DNA of 62,416 nucleotides, counting the filler, from Aduncisulcus paluster (taxonomy: Eukaryota), in the NCBI GenBank assembly GCA_024181965.1. It is 3 parts of 3 records of this genome, joined end to end, with 100 filler letters (N's around TTAATTAATTAA, not from the genome) between each part and the next. Parts side by side here need not be neighbours in the genome. Positions count along the whole stretch, not along the records: positions 51,977 to 62,416 come from BQXS01010835.1; 2 more parts are not named here. One strand, written 5' to 3'. Positions within the stretch are counted from its first letter, which is position 1. The number at the start of each line of letters is the position of its first letter. Position numbers and translations under genes: made by a program. The notes beneath the pieces are model-generated. The model was not told the origin of the DNA and made no database searches. It was given only the letters and a program-made list of their open reading frames with translations. Of the stretch, positions 57,023-62,416 are shown one piece after another.

Positions 57023-59704
57023 ATGGAAGAAGATATTCGTGGAACAACGGGTATTTGTCATATAAAGTCTCAATTTCGTGTTCAATTTGAAGATCCTTTA
57101 TCTGTTAAGTCAGATGAAAAAACCTTTACTCAGAATCTCCCCATAAAAAAACAAGCTATTGGGGATGATGCTGCGATACCAATTGAATCAATTCATTTTG
57201 AAAGAGAACATGCAGCTCCAACAGTGTTTGGTGGTCCTATACCTTCATTTTTATTGCCCAAAGATAGACAAAAAGGGATTAGGCGAGGAAAAGAAAGAGG
57301 AAATGCCCTTGCAAAGCTCCCTCCAGCCTTGTGTTTTGCAACCATGCGAGGAGAGAAATGTACAAAAACTAATTGTCGGTGTGATCACGATCGTGAGAAA
57401 TATATTCGCGAAAAGGGTGAATTACTCCATGACACAACCATAGATCCCCTTTGTCCAGATTCAGCTCCTCTATCTTCTCTTCTTATTCCCGAATCTACCC
57501 CTTTGCCATGTCCCTTTTACAGCAAACTCAATGCCTGTCCATATGATTGTATGTGCATGTGTAATCACTCAAATACTCAAGATAAGATTCATAATGGACA
57601 AGAAAAGGATGAAACAAAGGAAGAAGAAGTGACTATAAGAGTTCCATCATCAGAACTCATAACTGATACTGATACTAAAGGGGATATTATAGCTGATTCC
57701 GAGAGCAGTCCAGCTAGTCTTAAACTTCTCGGGCAACCGGCCCAGGCTCTTTCCTTGCTTGGTTACTCAAATACGACTCCATCAGATATTGGTCATATAC
57801 GATCAACTTGCGATGCCGTTCGCAAGATACAGAAGTCTGATATCGAATCGTCTAGTTTGGATGACGATAAGGGGCTTATTAGATATTTCTATACTCCTTC
57901 TCAGTGGAAACCAGAAGAACTCACTCCAGATGCTCTGAGAGGTATTATTTCTACTCCTGTCGACAAAAAGGAGACAAAAGAAGAAGAAAAGGAAGATGAG
58001 AAAGAAGATGAGAAAGAAGATGAGAAAGGAGAGAAGGACTTAAGACCTCATGATGTGTCTGTGACCTCACCGACCTCTGATCCATCTTCCATCCCTACAC
58101 CGCTTATTGGACATCTCCCTACTCGAGTGAGTCAGCATCACTCGGCTATCCCAGTATGGCCTATTGATAGTAATACTGATTGTGATGAGGATTCCAATTG
58201 TTCAATTATCTCGATGGCTGATAAGTTATCTCTAGCTCCAATGGCTACAGTGGGTAATGTTCCTTTCAGAGTCTTATGTACACGGCTTGGATGTGACGTT
58301 ACTTGCACTGAAATGGTTCTTACAGATTCGATAGCAGAGGGGAAAAGAGGGGAGTTCAATCTTTTAAGAAGACACCCCGAGGAAAAAGAATGGGGAGTAC
58401 AACTTTGTGGTGGTCATCCTAGTTCTATTTATAGAACAACACGTCTATTATTAGAACACACATTGAGTGACAGTCCCCCCGACTTCATTTCTCTCAATGC
58501 TTGTTGTCCCATCGATACAATAGCTGGTGGTGGAGCATCCAGAGGAAGAGGACGGCGAGGAAAAGGAAGGAAGAAGTCAGGTGGTGGATGTAGTGGTGGT
58601 GCTATGCTCTCTTGTGATTATAACAATGATCCTAAGCGTATTATTCGATGCTGTGAAAGCCTCTGTGATGCTATATATGACCATCAATATGACTATCCAT
58701 TAAGGTGCTCTTCTTCCTCTTCATCTTCTTCTTCTCGGAAACCCATACATGTTAATGTAAAGATTAGGACAGGACCAAAGGCTATTCAAAGACATGCACA
58801 TGATATCATGATTCCAGCACTGATTCGGTGTGGGGTGAACAGTGTGAGTATTCATGGAAGAACATGGCAACAGAGGTACAGTAAGCTCTCAGACTGGGAA
58901 TATATGGCCGATTGTGCTAAAAATAGCTACATTGTTCAAGGTAACATGATATCCTCCTCATCTCCATCTTCATCTTTAGGAATTGTACCACCATTCCGTC
59001 GCTTTGAAACTGTTGTCAATGGAGACATTCTTTCCATCTGGGATGTCCGAGAAGGTCTCCAAAGGATCAAGCAGAGGGTGTGGGGAGGAAAACAAGGAAC
59101 GGGTCGGGGTGGTGACTTCATGTCATGGAGTGATGGAGTTCCACTCACTCAGTCAGAGATTGACTGGTTGAAGAAAGAGCGTCTTGAGTGTGCGTCTCTC
59201 TCCAACCCGATGATGCTTGATTCATTGCTTCACCCTCATTCATCTTCTGATGATTCTCATCCTCTTCCCTCTTCTCTGGGTGTCATGATTGGCAGAGGAG
59301 CCCTTGTAAAACCTTGGATATTCTCTGAGCTGAAACGGAATAGAGGAAAGGAGGTTCCTTATCTTTGGGATATAAGCGCCACGGAAAGGTTCAAGATGAT
59401 AAATGATTTCTGTAAACTCGGCTTAGAATGCTGGGGGAGTGATAGGAAAGGGGTGGAAACAACTCGACGGTTCTTGCTTGAATGGTGGTCGTTTGGATGC
59501 CGGTATGTGCCGGTTGGTGTCGTTGAAAGTCTTCCACAACGCCTTAATCAACGTCCTGATTCCTACATTGGTCGAAATGAACTTGAAACACTTCTGGGGA
59601 GTTATAAGGTGTCCGATTGGATAAAAATATCTGAACGAACAATACTAGGCAGGGCCCATGAAGGGTTTAATTTTGTTCCAAAACATAAATCAGCGTCGTG
59701 GTAA
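57023..59704 (+). CDS. DUS3: tRNA-dihydrouridine(47) synthase Dus3
   Basis: Two CCCH-like zinc fingers, LAPMATVGNVPFR, VQLCG, NACCPID (catalytic Cys), IHGRTWQQRYSKLSDWEY, NGDILS, VMIGRGALVKPWIFSE and C-terminal FVPKHKSASW. Confidence 0.95.
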   Translation: MEEDIRGTTGICHIKSQFRVQFEDPLSVKSDEKTFTQNLPIKKQAIGDDAAIPIESIHFEREHAAPTVFGGPIPSFLLPKDRQKGIRRGKERGNALAKLPPALCFATMRGEKCTKTNCRCDHDREKYIREKGELLHDTTIDPLCPDSAPLSSLLIPESTPLPCPFYSKLNACPYDCMCMCNHSNTQDKIHNGQEKDETKEEEVTIRVPSSELITDTDTKGDIIADSESSPASLKLLGQPAQALSLLGYSNTTPSDIGHIRSTCDAVRKIQKSDIESSSLDDDKGLIRYFYTPSQWKPEELTPDALRGIISTPVDKKETKEEEKEDEKEDEKEDEKGEKDLRPHDVSVTSPTSDPSSIPTPLIGHLPTRVSQHHSAIPVWPIDSNTDCDEDSNCSIISMADKLSLAPMATVGNVPFRVLCTRLGCDVTCTEMVLTDSIAEGKRGEFNLLRRHPEEKEWGVQLCGGHPSSIYRTTRLLLEHTLSDSPPDFISLNACCPIDTIAGGGASRGRGRRGKGRKKSGGGCSGGAMLSCDYNNDPKRIIRCCESLCDAIYDHQYDYPLRCSSSSSSSSSRKPIHVNVKIRTGPKAIQRHAHDIMIPALIRCGVNSVSIHGRTWQQRYSKLSDWEYMADCAKNSYIVQGNMISSSSPSSSLGIVPPFRRFETVVNGDILSIWDVREGLQRIKQRVWGGKQGTGRGGDFMSWSDGVPLTQSEIDWLKKERLECASLSNPMMLDSLLHPHSSSDDSHPLPSSLGVMIGRGALVKPWIFSELKRNRGKEVPYLWDISATERFKMINDFCKLGLECWGSDRKGVETTRRFLLEWWSFGCRYVPVGVVESLPQRLNQRPDSYIGRNELETLLGSYKVSDWIKISERTILGRAHEGFNFVPKHKSASW

Positions 59705-60001
59705 TAGGATTATTTTTGTGACTCATTTGTGGGAAATTCCTGTATTTATGGGGGGATCTGAACTCAATCATTGAGTTTTGAACATATGAATATTACAAAT
59801 TATACATGTTGTTATTTTTCATTCATTATTCTCGGATCGATTTCATTTTTCCTGTCTGACAAGGCCATTTTAGAATTAGATAATAATATATTATAAATCC
59901 GATATTTCTATCAATAAAATATTTTTTATTCGGTCTTAAAAGTCTCTCGGGTGCGTTAATAATCATCTCAGCAGGAATTTCATTTTTTCTTGAGAGGTTG
60001 A

Positions 60002-60427
60002 ATGCATTCTTTTTATTTTTATGATTTTTTGAAGTGTAAGGATCGAGGAAACAAAAGATCTTCTGATATATTTGGGACTGTTGAAGTGCCTCGGATAGGG
60101 CAAGAAAAGACTCCCATGATCTCGTCAACAATGGAAAGAAGGTCAAGTTTGAGTTCAGATTCGGTGATAGAATCGTCCATTTCATACTCTGATTCTATTT
60201 CATTGTGTAAGCCGGTTGTTGAAGATGCAGCATCTCTCCAATCAAAATTATCCACCGAATCAGAAACCATCACTGATCCTTTTACTACCCCCCTCGATAA
60301 AGAATATGAGAAATGTCGCCAAAGAGCTCAGGAAGCCCATTCCCAGCTTCATAAAGTTCAGGAATATAGAAATCAAGTTCTAGCTTATCTACAAGATGGC
60401 TTTCCGTCTTATTCTGACGATTTTTAA
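60002..60427 (+). CDS. Small hypothetical protein with C-terminal helix/coil; start uncertain (60002 or 60116, or spliced)
   Basis: Coding-like composition from ~60040 to TAA at 60427. The first ~35 nt are T-rich and look like an intron 3' end. Confidence 0.5.
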   Translation: MHSFYFYDFLKCKDRGNKRSSDIFGTVEVPRIGQEKTPMISSTMERRSSLSSDSVIESSISYSDSISLCKPVVEDAASLQSKLSTESETITDPFTTPLDKEYEKCRQRAQEAHSQLHKVQEYRNQVLAYLQDGFPSYSDDF

Positions 60428-61358
60428 GATTTATTTTGACGAATTGACTTATAACTATCTATATTTTGAAACACATTATTTTTGTACCTTCTCTTTGTTC
60501 TTATTATTTCCATTATTTTTAAATTTTCACAATATCGCAAAATGATATATATATCTTCAAACAATTTTTAACTTTTTTCTTCTTAAATTTCGCATATATT
60601 TATCTATCCGAACTTATTCGTACTGAATGCCTTGTTTTTACGAGCTTATGCAGAGAGTGAATTCATACAATCCTGTAAGAGTTTATATTTTCAAGTTTTA
60701 TATTTATATATATGAATCAATGTTGTACTCTTTCTTATTTATTTATTTTTCAACATTCTTGTATTTTTTGAATAAATCAAACGACTATGGTATTGTGACA
60801 TCCAAGAAATTTTATTGATTTTTTGACAGAATTTCGATAAATTTTTGGTACTTTCGCATTTTATCAATAATAAGATAACATAATATATTTAATATTTTGC
60901 CTCCATTTTCTTTTCACTATTTTAAAATAACTCTATCCGAAACATCCATCTCCAAATAATGAAATCAAGATCTAATAATATTTTTCAGGGATATTGCGAG
61001 TATTTAACAATGCCAAAAAGAAAAATAGTCAAGAAATTCAAGGATCCATCAATAACTTGGTATAAGATGATGAAATCAATGCCCACTGAAGTAATTAGAT
61101 TACCTTCCGAGGGATCTAAATGAATTTCCATGCATCATTTATACTGTTTTTTAAATCTATTACATTATTACTTCTTTTATCAGTGTTAATCACCCCTTTC
61201 CAGCTTCTCAGCCTATTAGTCAACTCTGTGACAATTCCACAATAAAAAAATCACAACGGGAATGTTTTATTTTTTGGTTTGTCATTAATCTTTGAATTTA
61301 TTTGCTTTACTCTCCTGTAGAAAAAATAGGAAGAAATTATTCTTCTTTGAGATATACT

Positions 61359-62416
61359 ATGGCCGATGGATTCACTGAAAGAGCATTTGATGTTTTTTTT
61401 CCGTCGGATATTGACATAAAAGACCCACCTAATACATCTAATGTATGTTTTTTCTTTAAGTTTCTGATTTTATTTAATATCAATGATAGGGTACTTATCT
61501 TCCGAATTATGGCACAATCTTGAATAATTAAAATGTTTATTGACATTTTTGTTTCATTTATTTCCTGATTATTTCTTTCTTCATCTGTATCAAATCTGGG
61601 TAAATCATTAGCCTTCTATTCCAGTACCATCTTCGCGTCCCAGGGCTGAATCTTTTTCATACTCAACTCAGCCTAGCAGTGACGGATATCAAAAAATGTC
61701 TCTTATCCCTGGTTCAATGCAACCGACATTAGATCCATTTGATGAGTCTGATTGGAAACGTCGATGGACTTCTGATGCATCAGAAGCTCAGCAGAAAACT
61801 TTTCCGCCGTTTACCCATTCGCGATCCCCGTCCCAAACCCGTAGTCGCGAACATAGTCTTTCACAAGAGGTTCCACCCTTATCTGCGTCACATAGTACAA
61901 CTTCTGGCGGTTCCCCATATCATTCCTCCTCTACCCCTTCCCTCTATCCCGACCAAGGGCAACATAATCCGCTTCCCACCCTTTCATCGCCCAGTGGGAA
62001 GCAAACTGGATCTTCACGCCCATCTCTGACCATGTCTTCTTCTGACAGTGGTTTTCCCGCCGTTCAAATCCCACAAGGATCCTCTGGATCGACAGGATCC
62101 CAATCACAACAACAAATGATGCCTCGTTACACCCTGTCGCCTTCTCCCTCTTCTTCGCCCTTTACCGATACTCCTTTCTTCCCTTCTCCAGCCAGTTCTG
62201 CTCATGGTACCTTTTCATCTGTCGGTAGTCCATTCCATAGTCAGCCCACACTCACCCCTTCTTATGGTGGATCCGCATATCCTTCCCTCATGCATCGGCA
62301 CTCTATCAGTGGTGTCAACTCTGACATTGTCCGTGGAAGTGCTGCAATGCGTGGTACAAGTGGCGATGGTAATCTTCCTTCAATCACTCTGCCTGTCCCG
62401 CAGCGTCATTCATATC
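61359..62416 (+). CDS. 5' part of a Ser/Pro-rich protein, exons 61359-61442 and 61612 to beyond window end
   Basis: MADGFTERAFDVFFPSDIDIKDPPNTSN | GTATGT...TAG (61443-61611, phase 0) | PSIPVPSSRPRAESF..., open to the window end. Confidence 0.75.

Noticed and set aside
57975-58035. GAAGATGAGAAA repeats in DUS3 and many poly-Ser/poly-Glu tracts
   Set aside because: Ordinary low-complexity coding microsatellites typical of this genome's proteins.
1-62416. CRISPR arrays, tRNA/rRNA genes, transposases, alternative genetic code
   Set aside because: No spaced repeat arrays, cloverleafs, rRNA-like tracts or transposase/RT motifs were seen; conserved genes terminate properly at TAA, TAG and TGA.

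Overview
Eukaryotic, AT-rich, gene-dense protist genomic DNA in the standard genetic code, with few short GTATGT..AG introns. The gene content (bacterial-type ThrRS-N/uridine kinase fusion, GH13 amylase, centriole/axoneme-type proteins, very divergent proteins with Ser-rich insertions) suggests an anaerobic flagellate, possibly a free-living metamonad; this is inference. The window is three contigs joined by artificial N44-TTAATTAATTAA-N44 spacers (22819-22918, 51877-51976). Six 20-N scaffold gaps have duplicated flanks, which split real genes. Contig 1: Sam50/Omp85-like candidate, uridine kinase fusion, 2.4-kaa kinase, RRM protein, coiled-coil protein, TECR/Tsc13, RPL34 (2 introns), Ran, DOCK-C/D 5' part. 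Contig 2: internally deleted Arl8 remnant, one giant intronless BLTP1/KIAA1109/Csf1 gene (about 6320 aa after de-duplication) head-to-head with an Mmm1-like SMP protein, then NLE1/Rsa4 and a C2CD3-like protein. Contig 3: secreted alpha-amylase, SAXO/TEX45-like repeat protein, Rrp17/NOL12, DUS3, hypothetical genes. Most notable: (i) a strongly over-represented interrupted palindrome TCTA(W4)TAGA (MEF2-type site) in intergenic and coding DNA, in several frames; (ii) the BLTP1 + Mmm1-like lipid-transfer gene pair; (iii) the Arl8 remnant with G1 joined directly to G4; (iv) a candidate divergent Sam50. Family assignments come from remembered motif similarity, not database searches.
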